Below are positions 47,566 through 57,651 of a DNA stretch of 64,000 nt, one piece after another. Every line of letters begins with the position of its first letter. The stretch's first letter is position 1. The position numbers were made by a program, and so were the translations under genes. Location: the NCBI GenBank assembly GCA_913009635.1, contig CAJVXI010000001.1, positions 2,915 through 66,914 on the forward strand. The letters are read 5' to 3'. The notes under the pieces are model-generated. The model saw only the letters and a program-made list of their open reading frames with translations. It was not told the origin of the DNA and searched no databases. This DNA comes from an uncultured bacterium (GTDB taxonomy: Bacteria; Patescibacteriota; Minisyncoccia; UBA6257; UBA9933).

Positions 47566-47567
47566 AA

Positions 47568-47653
47568 TAGCCACTAGCCACTAGTGATTAGGGTTTAGGG
47601 TTTTAATTTAAGTATTTTAACCCTAGTGGCTAAACCCTAGTGGCTAATCACTA
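47568..47653. repeat. Hairpin element family B
   Basis: Near-identical to 55597-55683. Confidence 0.9.
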
Positions 47654-47656
47654 AAA

Positions 47657-47860
47657 ATGGATACTTATTTAAAAATTAAACAAACCTTAAATAATAGCAG
47701 TGGCTCTTGTGTTGTTCTTCGTAAAGGCGATCCTTATTGCGTAGTAATGACTTGGCAAGAGTATGAAAAATTTGCTAATATAATTAATGATAATAAAAAA
47801 TTAAAAAACGGTCGAGAAAAAATTGGAAATGGGGTTGACATAAATAGTATCCCCGTGTAA
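47657..47860 (+). CDS. Small hypothetical protein between fusA and tuf (Phd/YefM-like pattern)
   Basis: VVLRKGDPYCVVMTWQEYEK resembles the antitoxin core. Confidence 0.5.
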   Translation: MDTYLKIKQTLNNSSGSCVVLRKGDPYCVVMTWQEYEKFANIINDNKKLKNGREKIGNGVDINSIPV

Positions 47861-47863
47861 AAT
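47835..47863 (+). promoter_or_regulatory. Putative internal tuf promoter
   Basis: TTGACA-N17-TAAAAT. Confidence 0.6.
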
Positions 47864-47869
47864 TAAAAA

Positions 47870-47933
47870 TTATGAAACATGAAGTATGAAGCGTGAAACA
47901 TAAAGTTTCAAGTTTCAAGTTTCAAGTTTCAAT
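47870..47933. repeat. Heptad hairpin element (ATGAAAC/GTTTCAA)
   Basis: tatgaaacatgaagtatgaagcgtgaaac...(gtttcaa)x4. Confidence 0.75.
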
Positions 47934-47939
47934 AGAAAT

Positions 47940-49139
47940 ATGGCAGAAAAAGCAAAATTTGATAGATCCAAGACGCATATTAATATTGGGACCATTGGCC
48001 ATGTTGACCACGGTAAGACAACTTTAACCGCGGCAATTATGCATGTTCTTAAATTAAAAGGTTTAATTGAAAAAACAGAATCAGTTGACCAAATTGATAA
48101 TGCTCCCGAGGAAAAAGCTCGAGGCATTACTATTGCTCTCCATCATTCTGAATATCAAACAGACAAACGGCATTACGCTCATATTGATACTCCAGGGCAT
48201 GCTGACTACATTAAAAATATGATTACAGGCGCCGCACAGATGGACGGTGCAATTTTGGTAGTTTCAGCGGCTGACGGTCCAATGCCTCAGACAAGAGAAC
48301 ACATTCTTTTAGCGCGTCAGGTTGGTGTACCGGCAATTATAGTTTTTCTTAATAAAATTGACCAAGTTGACGATCCTGAATTAATAGATTTAGTTGAAGC
48401 TGAAATTAGGGAACTTTTAAAGAAATATAATTTCCCAGGAGATGAAACTCCAATTATTAGAGGTTCAGCCATTAAAGCATTGGAAACAAAATCTATTGAT
48501 GATGAAGCAGCTAAACCAATTTTGGAATTAGTTAAAGCGCTTGACGAATACATTCCGGAGCCAACAAGAGAAACTGATAAACCATTTTTGATGCCAGTTG
48601 AAGATGTTTTTTCAATTGAGGGCAGAGGAACAGTGGTAACCGGAAAGGTTGAACGCGGCATTGTTAAAATTAACGAAGAGATTGAAATTATTGGCATTAA
48701 AGCAACTCAAAAAACCGTTGTTACTGGTATTGAAATGTTTAATAAATTGCTTGACGAAGGCAGTGCTGGCGACAATATTGGAATTCTTTTAAGAGGTATT
48801 AAAAAAGAAGACATTGAGCGCGGTCAGGTTATTGCTAAACCAGGCAGTGTTACTCCTCATACTGAATTTGATGCAGAGATTTACGTGCTTAATAAAGAGG
48901 AAGGTGGACGTCACACCCCATTCTTCAAAGGGTATAAACCGCAATTCTATATCAGAACAACTGATGTAACTGGTGAAGCAATTTTGCCAGAAGGAATGGA
49001 AATGGTTATGCCAGGCGATACTGTTAACTTATCAATTAAATTAATCGCGCCAGTAGCCTTAGAAGAAAAGCAAAGATTTGCTATTCGAGAAGGCGGTAAG
49101 ACAGTTGGAGCAGGAGTGGTTACTAAAATAAATAAATAA
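47940..49139 (+). CDS. tuf: Elongation factor Tu
   Basis: [38 protein letters not shown]. Confidence 0.98.
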   Translation: MAEKAKFDRSKTHINIGTIGHVDHGKTTLTAAIMHVLKLKGLIEKTESVDQIDNAPEEKARGITIALHHSEYQTDKRHYAHIDTPGHADYIKNMITGAAQMDGAILVVSAADGPMPQTREHILLARQVGVPAIIVFLNKIDQVDDPELIDLVEAEIRELLKKYNFPGDETPIIRGSAIKALETKSIDDEAAKPILELVKALDEYIPEPTRETDKPFLMPVEDVFSIEGRGTVVTGKVERGIVKINEEIEIIGIKATQKTVVTGIEMFNKLLDEGSAGDNIGILLRGIKKEDIERGQVIAKPGSVTPHTEFDAEIYVLNKEEGGRHTPFFKGYKPQFYIRTTDVTGEAILPEGMEMVMPGDTVNLSIKLIAPVALEEKQRFAIREGGKTVGAGVVTKINK

Positions 49140-49164
49140 TCATTGTTTAAAATAGTTCTTTGTT

Positions 49165-49500
49165 ATGCCTAAGAAGAAAGAAGAAGTTGTACAAACTAAA
49201 TTAAGAATAAGGATTCGTTCTTATGATCATAAACTTATTGATAATTCTGTAAAACAGATTATTGATACGGCTATTCGTAATGGCGCTGAGATAGTAGGTC
49301 CAATTCCTTTACCAACAGAGTTTAAGCGTTATACTGTAAATCGCTCAACGTTTATTTTTAAAGACGCGAGAGAACAGTTTGAATTAAGAATTCATAAACG
49401 TTTAATAGATATTCTTAATCCAAGCCAAAAAATAATTGAATCGTTATCTAATCTTAATTTACCGGCTGGAGTGGATATTGAGATTAAAATGACTTCATAA
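49165..49500 (+). CDS. rpsJ: 30S ribosomal protein S10
   Basis: RIRIRSYDH, GPIPLPT, REQFE.RIHKRLID. Confidence 0.97.
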   Translation: MPKKKEEVVQTKLRIRIRSYDHKLIDNSVKQIIDTAIRNGAEIVGPIPLPTEFKRYTVNRSTFIFKDAREQFELRIHKRLIDILNPSQKIIESLSNLNLPAGVDIEIKMTS

Positions 49501-49504
49501 ATTA

Positions 49505-49536
49505 AGCAAAATCCTCCTAAATGGTGGATTTTGTTT
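49505..49536 (+). terminator. Putative terminator after rpsJ
   Basis: agcaaaatcc-tcctaaatggt-ggattttgtt. Confidence 0.5.
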
Positions 49537-49652
49537 ATATGAATAATTTATTTAGTTAGAAATAATACACATCCGCTCTGCGGCGCAAGTTATCGCTTAT
49601 AGTAATTTCTACGGCAATCTAAATACTCAGCGGGAATTTCTAACGGGATTTA

Positions 49653-49681
49653 TTGACAAAAAATTTGATATTTGTTAACTT
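49653..49681 (+). promoter_or_regulatory. Putative rplC operon promoter
   Basis: TTGACA-N17-TAACTT with extended TG. Confidence 0.45.
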
Positions 49682-49946
49682 TAACTAAAGTTGAACAATG
49701 ATTAGATTATCATTAAATTTAGAATAATATAGGAAATATACGACAGATTTAGCCAAAATTTTTTAAAAAATAGCTAGGCTATGTCTGGCTGTTTTTTTGT
49801 TGTTACGTCCAATATGAGGATTTTAAAAGCGTTTTTCTAAAAGAAAAACATAGAGTTCTTTATTGGGTATGAGATTTAAGCATTAATCAAGAAAAGGAAT
49901 TCAAATAAAATTTAAGTATTTTCTATTTGAAATTTTTCTACTGGGT

Positions 49947-50570
49947 ATGGCGTTTATATTAGGTAAAAAACTGAATATGTCTCAGATTTGGAAAGACGAT
50001 AAAGTGATTCCTGTTACGGCTGTTAAGGCCGGACCAATAACTATAACTCAAATTAGAATAGAAGAAAAAGATGGTTATGAAGCAATGCAAGTTGGATTTG
50101 ACGCGACAAAAAAGAAATTAAATAAGCCGATGAAAGGACATTTAAAAGATTTAGGGAATTTCAGATATCTAAAAGAATTTAAAAGTGAACAGGAGAAAAA
50201 GTATAAAGTAGGTGATATTCTGGATGTTAGTCAGTTTCAAGAAGGTGATAAAGTAAAAGTTAGCGGTTTAAATAAAGGCAGAGGATTTCAAGGGGTAGTC
50301 AAGCGACATGGTTTTCATGGTGGACCCAAGAGTCATGGCCAAAAAGATCGTTTGCGGGCGCCGGGCTCAATTGGTTCTACTGATCCGCAAAGAGTAATAC
50401 CAGGTAAGAAAATGGCCGGTCATATGGGTCAAGAAAGAATAGCGATAAAAAATTTGAAAATAGTTAATATTGATAAAGAGAACAACATTTTAATGATTAA
50501 AGGCGCGGTGCCTGGAATGAGAGGGACACTTTTAGAAATTCAAAATGTAAAAATTAAAAATTCAAAATGA
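49947..50570 (+). CDS. rplC: 50S ribosomal protein L3
   Basis: KGRGFQGVVKRHGF, RAPGSIG, GKKMAGHMG. Confidence 0.97.
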   Translation: MAFILGKKLNMSQIWKDDKVIPVTAVKAGPITITQIRIEEKDGYEAMQVGFDATKKKLNKPMKGHLKDLGNFRYLKEFKSEQEKKYKVGDILDVSQFQEGDKVKVSGLNKGRGFQGVVKRHGFHGGPKSHGQKDRLRAPGSIGSTDPQRVIPGKKMAGHMGQERIAIKNLKIVNIDKENNILMIKGAVPGMRGTLLEIQNVKIKNSK

Positions 50571-50663
50571 CAAATCAAAATGTTAAAATTGTTTCCGTTC
50601 GTTTTAATCCATTTTGAAATTTTACACTGTCATTTTCCATTTTGATATTTACATTTTACATTT
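50541..50663. repeat. Hairpin element family C (supplies rplC C-terminus and stop)
   Basis: caaaatgtaaaaattaaaaattcaaaaTGAcaaatc...cattttccattttgatatttacatttt. Confidence 0.85.
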
Positions 50664-51332
50664 ATGAACGTTGATGTATTTGATAAACAAAACAATAAGG
50701 TAGGCAAGGTTGAGTTGCCAGACAGGATATTTGCCATAAAGTGGAATGCTGATTTAGTTCATCATGCTTTGCAGGCGCAAATTGCTAATTCCAGACAGAA
50801 TTTGGCGCATGCAAAAACTCGCGCTGAAATTCGTGGAGGTGGACGTAAACCATGGCGTCAGAAAGGAACTGGGAGAGCTAGGCATGGTTCAATACGTTCG
50901 CCAATTTGGATTGGCGGAGGAGCGACCCATGGTCCGTTGAAAGAAAAAATATTTGAGAAGAAAGTAAATAAAAAAATGAGACGGTTGGCGATTTTTAGCG
51001 CACTTTCCAAAAAATTAAAAGATGGAGAACTAAAAGTTATTGATTCGTTGAAATTAACCGATTTTAAAACAAAGGAATTATTTCAAGTATTAAAAAGTGT
51101 TTTAAGTTCACAACCAAACGTTATTTTGATTTCATCCTTGGATACTAAAAATATTCATCAAGCAATTTCCAATATTAAAAAAGTAGATGCAATTAGTTCA
51201 CGATCATTAAATGTTTATGATTTGTTAAAATATAAAAATATTATTTTAGAGAAAGATGCAATTAAAGAAATAGAGGAACATTATAAAGGGCTTGGTATAA
51301 ATTTTGGAGCCAAAGGCGAACAAAATTTATGA
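50664..51332 (+). CDS. rplD: 50S ribosomal protein L4
   Basis: RGGGRKPWRQKGTGRARHGSIRSP. Confidence 0.97.
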   Translation: MNVDVFDKQNNKVGKVELPDRIFAIKWNADLVHHALQAQIANSRQNLAHAKTRAEIRGGGRKPWRQKGTGRARHGSIRSPIWIGGGATHGPLKEKIFEKKVNKKMRRLAIFSALSKKLKDGELKVIDSLKLTDFKTKELFQVLKSVLSSQPNVILISSLDTKNIHQAISNIKKVDAISSRSLNVYDLLKYKNIILEKDAIKEIEEHYKGLGINFGAKGEQNL

Positions 51333-51515
51333 ACCAAACCTTTACCCGCCTAAATTTTTATACCAAATATGAAATATTACAAAAATAGAGCCGAAGGCGT
51401 CGACTTCGTCTCCTAATATGCTAAAAGTAAAAGTTTTTGACAAAAATTTAGGCGGGTGCTCAAATTTCTAGATAAATTTGACTTCGCTCCACTCGTAAAA
51501 TTTATAAAAATTTGA
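51292..51515. repeat. Composite nested palindromes in the rplD-rplW spacer
   Basis: ttggtataaattttg/caaaatttatgaaccaa; acccgcctaaattttt (51344)/aaaaatttaggcgggt (51457). Confidence 0.75.
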
Positions 51516-51516
51516 C

Positions 51517-51936
51517 ATGTCTATTTTAGATAAATTTAAAAAAGAAAAATCAAAAAAGAAAGAGCCGAAGAAAATAACAGAGAAGAAAGTGAAAGAAGCA
51601 GAAAAAGAAGTAAAAGAAGTAAAAGAAATAGGTGAAATTAAAGAAAGCAAAGGAATTTCGCCGGCATCTCTTATTAAACACGTTTGGATTACAGAGAAAG
51701 CAGGTAATTTGGTTAATTTAAGACAATATACTTTTATTATTAAAAGAGAAGCTAATAAACCGAGAATAAAAAAGGCGGTTGAAATAATTTATGGAGTAAA
51801 AGTAATTTCAGTTAATATTGTTAATATAAAAGGTAAACCAAGGCGAATGGGACGAACTCTCGGTAGAACTTCATCATATAAAAAAGCAATTGTTACATTA
51901 AAAGAAGGGCAGAAGATTGACGTAATGCCAACGTAA
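51517..51936 (+). CDS. rplW: 50S ribosomal protein L23 (K/E-rich N-terminal extension)
   Basis: ITEKA, ANK..IK.AVE.IYGVKV, YKKAIVTL. Confidence 0.93.
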   Translation: MSILDKFKKEKSKKKEPKKITEKKVKEAEKEVKEVKEIGEIKESKGISPASLIKHVWITEKAGNLVNLRQYTFIIKREANKPRIKKAVEIIYGVKVISVNIVNIKGKPRRMGRTLGRTSSYKKAIVTLKEGQKIDVMPT

Positions 51937-52022
51937 CTAGCCACTAGCCACTAGCCACTAGTGATTAGGGTTTAGGGTTTTAATTTTTAACCCTAGTGGC
52001 TAAACCCTAGTGGCTAATCACT
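51937..52022. repeat. Hairpin element family B
   Basis: (ctagcca)x3...ctagtggctaaaccctagtggctaatcact-ATG. Confidence 0.9.
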
Positions 52023-52844
52023 ATGAAAAAATACAAGCCAACAACTCCATCAAGAAGACAAATGACAACCGTTGATTACGGTGTTTTAAGTGCGGTTAAA
52101 CCGTTTAAGAAATTGTTAAAAAGATTACCTAAGCGCGCTGGTCGGAATAAACAAGGAAAAATAACCATGAGGCACCAGGGCGGAGGTAATAAAAAACTTT
52201 ACAGAATTATTGATTTCTGTCAAAATAAATTGGACGTTCCGGCAAAAGTTGAATCATTGGAATATGACCCTTACCGAACTGCTTTTATTGCCTTGATTTT
52301 ATATCGGGATGGCGATAGAAAATATATTTTAGCTTCAAAAAATTTGAAAGTTGGAGATGAAATAATTTTTTCTCAAAACACGCCTCTCAAAGACGGGAAT
52401 CGGTTAGAATTGAAGAATATTCCAGTTGGCTATTTAATTTATAATATTGAATTGAATAAAGGAAAAGGTGGACAGTTGGCGAGGTCAGCCGGTTCTTATG
52501 CTGAAATTTTGGCACAAGACGGTGATTTTACGCATTTGAAATTATCCTCTAAAGAAGTAAGAAAAGTGCGTGGAGAAAATTTTGCTTCTTTAGGACAAGT
52601 TTCTAATTCTGACCATAATTTAGTAGTTATTGGTAAAGCAGGTCGTTCAAGGTGGCTTGGTATTAGGCCAACGGTGCGAGGTTCAGCAATGAATCCATGT
52701 GATCATCCATACGGTGGAGGCGAAGGTAGATCTAAACGCGGTACCAAAAAGCCAAAAACAAAATGGGGTAAAGTTACTGGCGGCAGGAAAACAAGAAATA
52801 AAAAGAAATGGAGTAATAAATTAATTATTAAACGCAGGAAGTAA
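52023..52844 (+). CDS. rplB: 50S ribosomal protein L2
   Basis: EYDPYRTA, GKAGRSRW, RGSAMNPCDHPYGGGEG. Confidence 0.98.
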   Translation: MKKYKPTTPSRRQMTTVDYGVLSAVKPFKKLLKRLPKRAGRNKQGKITMRHQGGGNKKLYRIIDFCQNKLDVPAKVESLEYDPYRTAFIALILYRDGDRKYILASKNLKVGDEIIFSQNTPLKDGNRLELKNIPVGYLIYNIELNKGKGGQLARSAGSYAEILAQDGDFTHLKLSSKEVRKVRGENFASLGQVSNSDHNLVVIGKAGRSRWLGIRPTVRGSAMNPCDHPYGGGEGRSKRGTKKPKTKWGKVTGGRKTRNKKKWSNKLIIKRRK

Positions 52845-52925
52845 TATCAGCAAAAATCCGCATAAATCAGCGTAAGGACATCATAAACGCTGATTAATGC
52901 TGATACGGCTGATTTATGCTGATAA
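52845..52925. repeat. Hairpin element (ATCAGCG/CGCTGAT units), related to the YbeY and SecF inserts
   Basis: atcagcaaaaatccgcataaatcagcgt...acgctgattaatgctgatacggctgatttatgctgat. Confidence 0.75.
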
Positions 52926-52934
52926 ATTATAAAA

Positions 52935-53228
52935 ATGTCACGTTCATCAAAAAAAGGTCCATACGTTGATCCTAAGTTATTGAAGAAAATAGCTAATTTA
53001 AAGCCGGGCGATAGAACGGCTATTAAAACGTGGTCGCGAGAATCTGAAATTGCACCAGAAATGGTTGGTTTTATTTTTGATGTTCATAATGGAAAAGATT
53101 TTATTTCAGTTAGGGTTTCCGAAGAAATGGTTGGCCACCGTTTAGGTGAATTTTCACCGACAAGGAAATTTACAAGGCATGGAGGCAAAATACAAAGAGA
53201 ATTAGAGCAAAAATCCCAACAGAAATAA
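52935..53228 (+). CDS. rpsS: 30S ribosomal protein S19
   Basis: [28 protein letters not shown]. Confidence 0.97.
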   Translation: MSRSSKKGPYVDPKLLKKIANLKPGDRTAIKTWSRESEIAPEMVGFIFDVHNGKDFISVRVSEEMVGHRLGEFSPTRKFTRHGGKIQRELEQKSQQK

Positions 53229-53311
53229 GTATGAATTATGAATTGGAAATTAAGAATTAGAGGTAATAATTTATAATTCAAAAATCAATATTTTTAATTA
53301 AAACCAACAAT

Positions 53312-53866
53312 ATGACAAAAAGCAATTCAAAAGAACAAATCGCAAAATTAAGATATTTACGGATAGCGCCACGAAAAGTGCGTTTGGTTACTAATGTTGT
53401 AAAAAAATTATCAATCAATGAAGCCGAAGCTCGACTTTTAACGAGTCCCAAAAGAGTTGCGGAACCAATTTTAAAACTTTTGCGTTCGGCGATTGCTAAT
53501 GCCAAGAATAATAAACAGATGGAAATTAATCATCTTTTTATTAAAGAAATTAAAGTGGATCAAGGGCCAGTGATTAAAAGATTGATGCCGAGAGCTCGAG
53601 GTCAAGCAGGAATGATTCAAAAGAAAGAAAGTCATATTACTTTAATTTTAGCGGAATCAAATAAATTAAAAGCACCGAGATTTAATATTATCAAGCCAGA
53701 AAGAATTAAAAAAACAGAGTTTGAAAAAATAAAAAAACAAAAAGAAACAGACATAAAAAAAGAAAAACCAAAAGAAACATTAAAAGTAGAAACTAAAAAA
53801 ACGGAAATTAAGTCCCAAAAGGGTCAGGGATTTATTAAAAGAATGTTTAGAAGAAAAAGTATTTAA
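53312..53866 (+). CDS. rplV: 50S ribosomal protein L22 (C-terminal extension)
   Basis: RIAPRKVRLV, SAIANA, KRLMPRARG, SHIT. Confidence 0.95.
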   Translation: MTKSNSKEQIAKLRYLRIAPRKVRLVTNVVKKLSINEAEARLLTSPKRVAEPILKLLRSAIANAKNNKQMEINHLFIKEIKVDQGPVIKRLMPRARGQAGMIQKKESHITLILAESNKLKAPRFNIIKPERIKKTEFEKIKKQKETDIKKEKPKETLKVETKKTEIKSQKGQGFIKRMFRRKSI

Positions 53867-53869
53867 AAT

Positions 53870-53945
53870 AACTAACGACTAACGACTAACAACTAACGAC
53901 TAATAATTTTTTAAGTCGTAGGTTATAAGTCGTGAGTCATAAGTC
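53870..53945. repeat. Heptad hairpin element (ACTAACG/AGTCGT)
   Basis: (actaacg)n...taagtcgtaggttataagtcgtgagtcataagtc. Confidence 0.75.
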
Positions 53946-53952
53946 AAATAAA

Positions 53953-54636
53953 TTGGCGCAGAAAATTAAACCAAATTCATTTAGATTAGGGATAATTAGA
54001 GATTGGGATGCGCGTTGGTTCCCTAAAAAAACTAATTATAAATCTTCTTTAGAAGAGGATGTTTTGTTAAGAGAAATAATTCGTGAAAAAATCGGTAAAG
54101 CTGGTATTGATAGAATTATTATAGAGAGAACTGGAAATAGTTGTAAAATTTTTATTAAAGCTGCCAGACCTGGATTAATTATCGGACGGGGGGGAAAGGG
54201 AATTGAAGAATTGACTAAATTATTAGAAAGCAAATTAAGTGAATTAAGAAAGAATAGAAAATTTACTGAATTGATTTCTTTGAGTTTAAATATAGAGGAG
54301 TTAAAACGTTCAGAGATTTCAGCTTCAGTGGTTGCGCAAAATATTGCCTGGGATTTAGAAAAAAGATTGCCATTTCGTCGGATGATTAAAAGATCTTTAG
54401 ATCAAATTATTCAAAATAAAGACGTTAAAGGCGCGAAGATTGAAGTTTCTGGCAGATTGAATGGAGCAGAAATTGCTCGTAGAGAACATTTAAATAAAGG
54501 AGAAATGCCTCTTCAGAATCTTAGGGCCAATATTGACTATGGAGAAGCTACTGCTTTTACTACTTTCGGAACTGTCGGAGTGAAAATATGGATATATAAA
54601 GGAGAAGTGTTCGCCGATAAAATCGGCTCAAATTAA
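53953..54636 (+). CDS. rpsC: 30S ribosomal protein S3
   Basis: QKIKPNSFRLG, RPGLIIGRGG, SGRLNGAEIAR; probable TTG start at 53953. Confidence 0.95.
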   Translation: MAQKIKPNSFRLGIIRDWDARWFPKKTNYKSSLEEDVLLREIIREKIGKAGIDRIIIERTGNSCKIFIKAARPGLIIGRGGKGIEELTKLLESKLSELRKNRKFTELISLSLNIEELKRSEISASVVAQNIAWDLEKRLPFRRMIKRSLDQIIQNKDVKGAKIEVSGRLNGAEIARREHLNKGEMPLQNLRANIDYGEATAFTTFGTVGVKIWIYKGEVFADKIGSN

Positions 54637-54746
54637 AAAATCAAAAATCAAAATAACAAATCAAAATTTCAAAATGGTTTAAATTAAAAATTTAACATTT
54701 TACACTGTCATTTTCCATTTTGATATTTATATTTTACATTTTTAAC
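54637..54746. repeat. Hairpin element family C
   Basis: Near-identical to 59222-59339. Confidence 0.88.
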
Positions 54747-55157
54747 ATGTTAATTCCAAAAAAAGTAAAACATCGCAAATGGCATAAGGGACGTTCTAGG
54801 AAACGGCAAGTTGAAACTAGAGGGATTACTCTAAGTTTTGGCGCTTTTGGATTACAAGCATTGGAAAGCGCGTGGATTAATTCAAGACAAATAGAGGCCT
54901 CTAGAAGAACGATTACTCACTTTACTAAAAGAGGAGGAAAAGTTTGGATAAGAATTTTCCCCGATAAACCAGTAACTAAGAAACCACCAGAAGTAACTTT
55001 AGGCGGCGGTAAAGGGGCAGTAGATCATTATGTGTTCCCAGTGAAACCCGGCAGGATATTATTTGAAATTGATGGAGTAGATGAAGAGATGGCAAAGGAG
55101 GCATTACGGAGAGCTGGACATAAATTGCCAATTAAAACTAGAGTCATATCTAAATAG
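54747..55157 (+). CDS. rplP: 50S ribosomal protein L16
   Basis: [29 protein letters not shown]. Confidence 0.97.
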   Translation: MLIPKKVKHRKWHKGRSRKRQVETRGITLSFGAFGLQALESAWINSRQIEASRRTITHFTKRGGKVWIRIFPDKPVTKKPPEVTLGGGKGAVDHYVFPVKPGRILFEIDGVDEEMAKEALRRAGHKLPIKTRVISK

Positions 55158-55170
55158 TTATTAAGTTATT

Positions 55171-55368
55171 ATGAAACAGAAAGACAATCAACAATTTAAA
55201 AACAAACCTTTGCCGGAGCTTAGGGAAAATTTAGCTGATTATCATGAAAAATTGAGGAAATTGAAATTTGACTTAGCTGCGGGCAAGGTGAAAAATATTA
55301 GAGAGATTAAAGCGATTAAAAAGTCAATCGCCAGAGTTTTAACTGCAACAAGTAATAACAATCAATAA
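55171..55368 (+). CDS. rpmC: 50S ribosomal protein L29
   Basis: IKKSIARVLT, operon position. Confidence 0.9.
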   Translation: MKQKDNQQFKNKPLPELRENLADYHEKLRKLKFDLAAGKVKNIREIKAIKKSIARVLTATSNNNQ

Positions 55369-55369
55369 T

Positions 55370-55606
55370 ATGAAACGTAAATTACAAGGAATAATAGTTT
55401 CAGATAAAATGAATAAAACTAGAGTGGTAAGCACTACTCGGCTTAAAAAACATTCAAGATATTTGAGGCGTTATAAAGTAACCCAAAAATTTAAGGCGCA
55501 TGATGAAAATAACGAATATAAAATTGGTGATAAAGTTATTATTGAAGAAACGAAACCAATAAGTAAAGATAAACGGTGGATTATAAAAAGCAAAATTAGC
55601 CACTAG
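55370..55606 (+). CDS. rpsQ: 30S ribosomal protein S17
   Basis: VSDKMNKT, AHDENN, ETKPISKDKRW. Confidence 0.96.
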   Translation: MKRKLQGIIVSDKMNKTRVVSTTRLKKHSRYLRRYKVTQKFKAHDENNEYKIGDKVIIEETKPISKDKRWIIKSKISH

Positions 55607-55683
55607 CCACTAGTGATTAGGGTTTAGGGTTTTAATTTAAGTATTTTAACTCTAGTGGCTAAACCCTAGTGGCTAATCACTAA
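55597..55683. repeat. Hairpin element family B (supplies rpsQ stop)
   Basis: tagccacTAGccactagtgattagggtttaggg...ctagtggctaatcact. Confidence 0.9.
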
Positions 55684-55686
55684 TAT

Positions 55687-56052
55687 ATGATTCAAGAACG
55701 TTCAATATTAAAAGTAGCTGATAACAGTGGCGCTAAAGTCATACGTGTTTTTAGGATTTTAGGCGGCACCAGACGACGTTATTCAAGAATAGGCGATCTT
55801 GTTGTTGCCTCAGTAAGAGAAGTTGAACCAAGAAAAGCAGTAAAAAAGAAAGATATAGTTAGGGCAGTAATCGTAAGGCAACGCCAACCATTTCGTCGTT
55901 CTGATGGTTCTTATATTAGATTTGATGAAAATGCAGCAGTTTTAATTGAAAAGAAAGAACCGCGAGGAACAAGGATTTTTGGACCAATACCAAGAGAATT
56001 AAAAGAAAAAGGTTTTGAAAAAATAGTAACTATGGCGGAGGAAATAGTGTAA
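55687..56052 (+). CDS. rplN: 50S ribosomal protein L14
   Basis: [22 protein letters not shown]. Confidence 0.98.
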   Translation: MIQERSILKVADNSGAKVIRVFRILGGTRRRYSRIGDLVVASVREVEPRKAVKKKDIVRAVIVRQRQPFRRSDGSYIRFDENAAVLIEKKEPRGTRIFGPIPRELKEKGFEKIVTMAEEIV

Positions 56053-56158
56053 GCGTAATGCCAATATACAAATGCGTACTAATGATACGAATAAATACTA
56101 ATTCGTATCCATTAGTATAATTAACATGAATTAGTATATTAGCATTTCATTTATTAGT
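56053..56158. repeat. Hairpin element family A, short form
   Basis: Near-identical to 30566-30675. Confidence 0.88.
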
Positions 56159-56467
56159 ATGCGAATCAAAAAAGGAGATATGGTAAAAATAATTACCGGT
56201 AAAGACAAGGGTAAGGCTGGTAAAATTATAAAGGTTTTTCCTGATAAGGGTTCAATTTTGATTGATGGATTAAATATTTACAAAAAACATGCTAAACCGA
56301 AAAAACAAGGAGAAAAAGGGCAGACGGTTTTGGTGCCGAGACCGATTAATGCTTCAAATACAATGATTGTATGCTCGGCTTGTAATAAAAATACTAAAAT
56401 CGGATACCGGTTAGAGAATAAAAATAAAATTAGATATTGTAAAAAATGTTCTGCCGCTCTACGTTAA
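56159..56467 (+). CDS. rplX: 50S ribosomal protein L24
   Basis: IKKGD.V.IITGKDKGK.G KOW motif. Confidence 0.96.
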   Translation: MRIKKGDMVKIITGKDKGKAGKIIKVFPDKGSILIDGLNIYKKHAKPKKQGEKGQTVLVPRPINASNTMIVCSACNKNTKIGYRLENKNKIRYCKKCSAALR

Positions 56468-56518
56468 TAAAACTAACGTTTAATGTGAGAGAAATTTTCC
56501 ACTTATTTATACAAAATT

Positions 56519-57070
56519 ATGGCAAGTTTAAAAGCAAAATATAATACGGAAATAGTGAAAAAAATGAAAAAATCTTTTGGCTATAAAAATGATTTAGCCG
56601 TACCTAAATTAAGTAAGGTGGTTATTAATGTTGGCGTGGGAAGGTTAAGCCAGCAGCCAAATTTTGAAGAGAAAATTTTGCCGGAAATAAGTAAAGAATT
56701 ATCATTTATTACAGGACAGAAACCTTTATTTACAGCTGCTAAAAAATCAATTGCTGGATTTAAAACGCGAGCTGGTCAAACTATTGGGCTAAAGACAACA
56801 CTAAGGCGCCAAAGAATGTATGATTTTTTAGAAAGATTGATTAATATTACTATGCCGCGAGTCAGAGATTTTAGGGGCATTAATCTGAAAAGTGTTGATA
56901 AAAAAGGAAATTTAACTATTGGGATGAAAGATCAATTGGCATTTCCGGAAATTAATCTTGAATTCTCAAAAATTGACTTTGGCTTGGAAATCACTATTGT
57001 AAGTAATGCCGCAAAAAGAGAAGAGGCAATAGAATTGTATAGATTATTGGGAATACCATTAAAGAAATAA
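56519..57070 (+). CDS. rplE: 50S ribosomal protein L5
   Basis: [27 protein letters not shown]. Confidence 0.97.
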   Translation: MASLKAKYNTEIVKKMKKSFGYKNDLAVPKLSKVVINVGVGRLSQQPNFEEKILPEISKELSFITGQKPLFTAAKKSIAGFKTRAGQTIGLKTTLRRQRMYDFLERLINITMPRVRDFRGINLKSVDKKGNLTIGMKDQLAFPEINLEFSKIDFGLEITIVSNAAKREEAIELYRLLGIPLKK

Positions 57071-57074
57071 AATT

Positions 57075-57260
57075 ATGGCAAAAAAATCAGTAATAGCTCG
57101 AGCAAAAAAGAAGCCAAAATTTTCTACAAGAGACGTGAAAAGATGTTTTCGTTGCGGTCGAAAACGAGGTTATATGCGCGATTTTGGTCTTTGTCGCATT
57201 TGTTTCAGGGAAATGGCGAGTAGAGGTGAAATACCCGGAGTGAAAAAAGCAAGCTGGTAA
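57075..57260 (+). CDS. rpsN: 30S ribosomal protein S14 (zinc type)
   Basis: [24 protein letters not shown]. Confidence 0.96.
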   Translation: MAKKSVIARAKKKPKFSTRDVKRCFRCGRKRGYMRDFGLCRICFREMASRGEIPGVKKASW

Positions 57261-57265
57261 AAATT

Positions 57266-57649
57266 ATGTACATCAATTTATTAACAAACATAAAAAATGC
57301 TCAAGCGGTGAAAAAAGAGAATATCAAAGTGCCTTACTTAAAAATGGACGAGGGCGTTCTTAGTGTTTTAAAGAAAAATAAATATATAGAAACTTATACA
57401 AAAAAAGGAAGAGGCATAAAGAGATTTCTTGATATTAAATTAGATTATCTTGATAATAAAGAAGGAGTAATTAATGGCGTTAAATTTATTAGCAAACCAT
57501 CTCGACGGATTTATATTGGTTATCATGAATTAAGGCCAATAAAACATGGTTATGGATTGTTAGTTATATCTACGTCCAAAGGTATTATGAGCGGTAAGGA
57601 AGCAAAAAAGTCGAAATTGGGCGGAGAGATATTATTTGAAATCTGGTAA
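57266..57649 (+). CDS. rpsH: 30S ribosomal protein S8
   Basis: LT.IKNA, ISKPSRRIY, STSKGIM, LGGE. Confidence 0.95.
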   Translation: MYINLLTNIKNAQAVKKENIKVPYLKMDEGVLSVLKKNKYIETYTKKGRGIKRFLDIKLDYLDNKEGVINGVKFISKPSRRIYIGYHELRPIKHGYGLLVISTSKGIMSGKEAKKSKLGGEILFEIW

Positions 57650-57651
57650 TT

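Noticed and set aside
51517-51650. K/E-rich extension of L23 (also L22 and FtsZ tails) as element-derived
   Set aside because: Codon-periodic low-complexity sequence with no complementary arm or match to the repeat families
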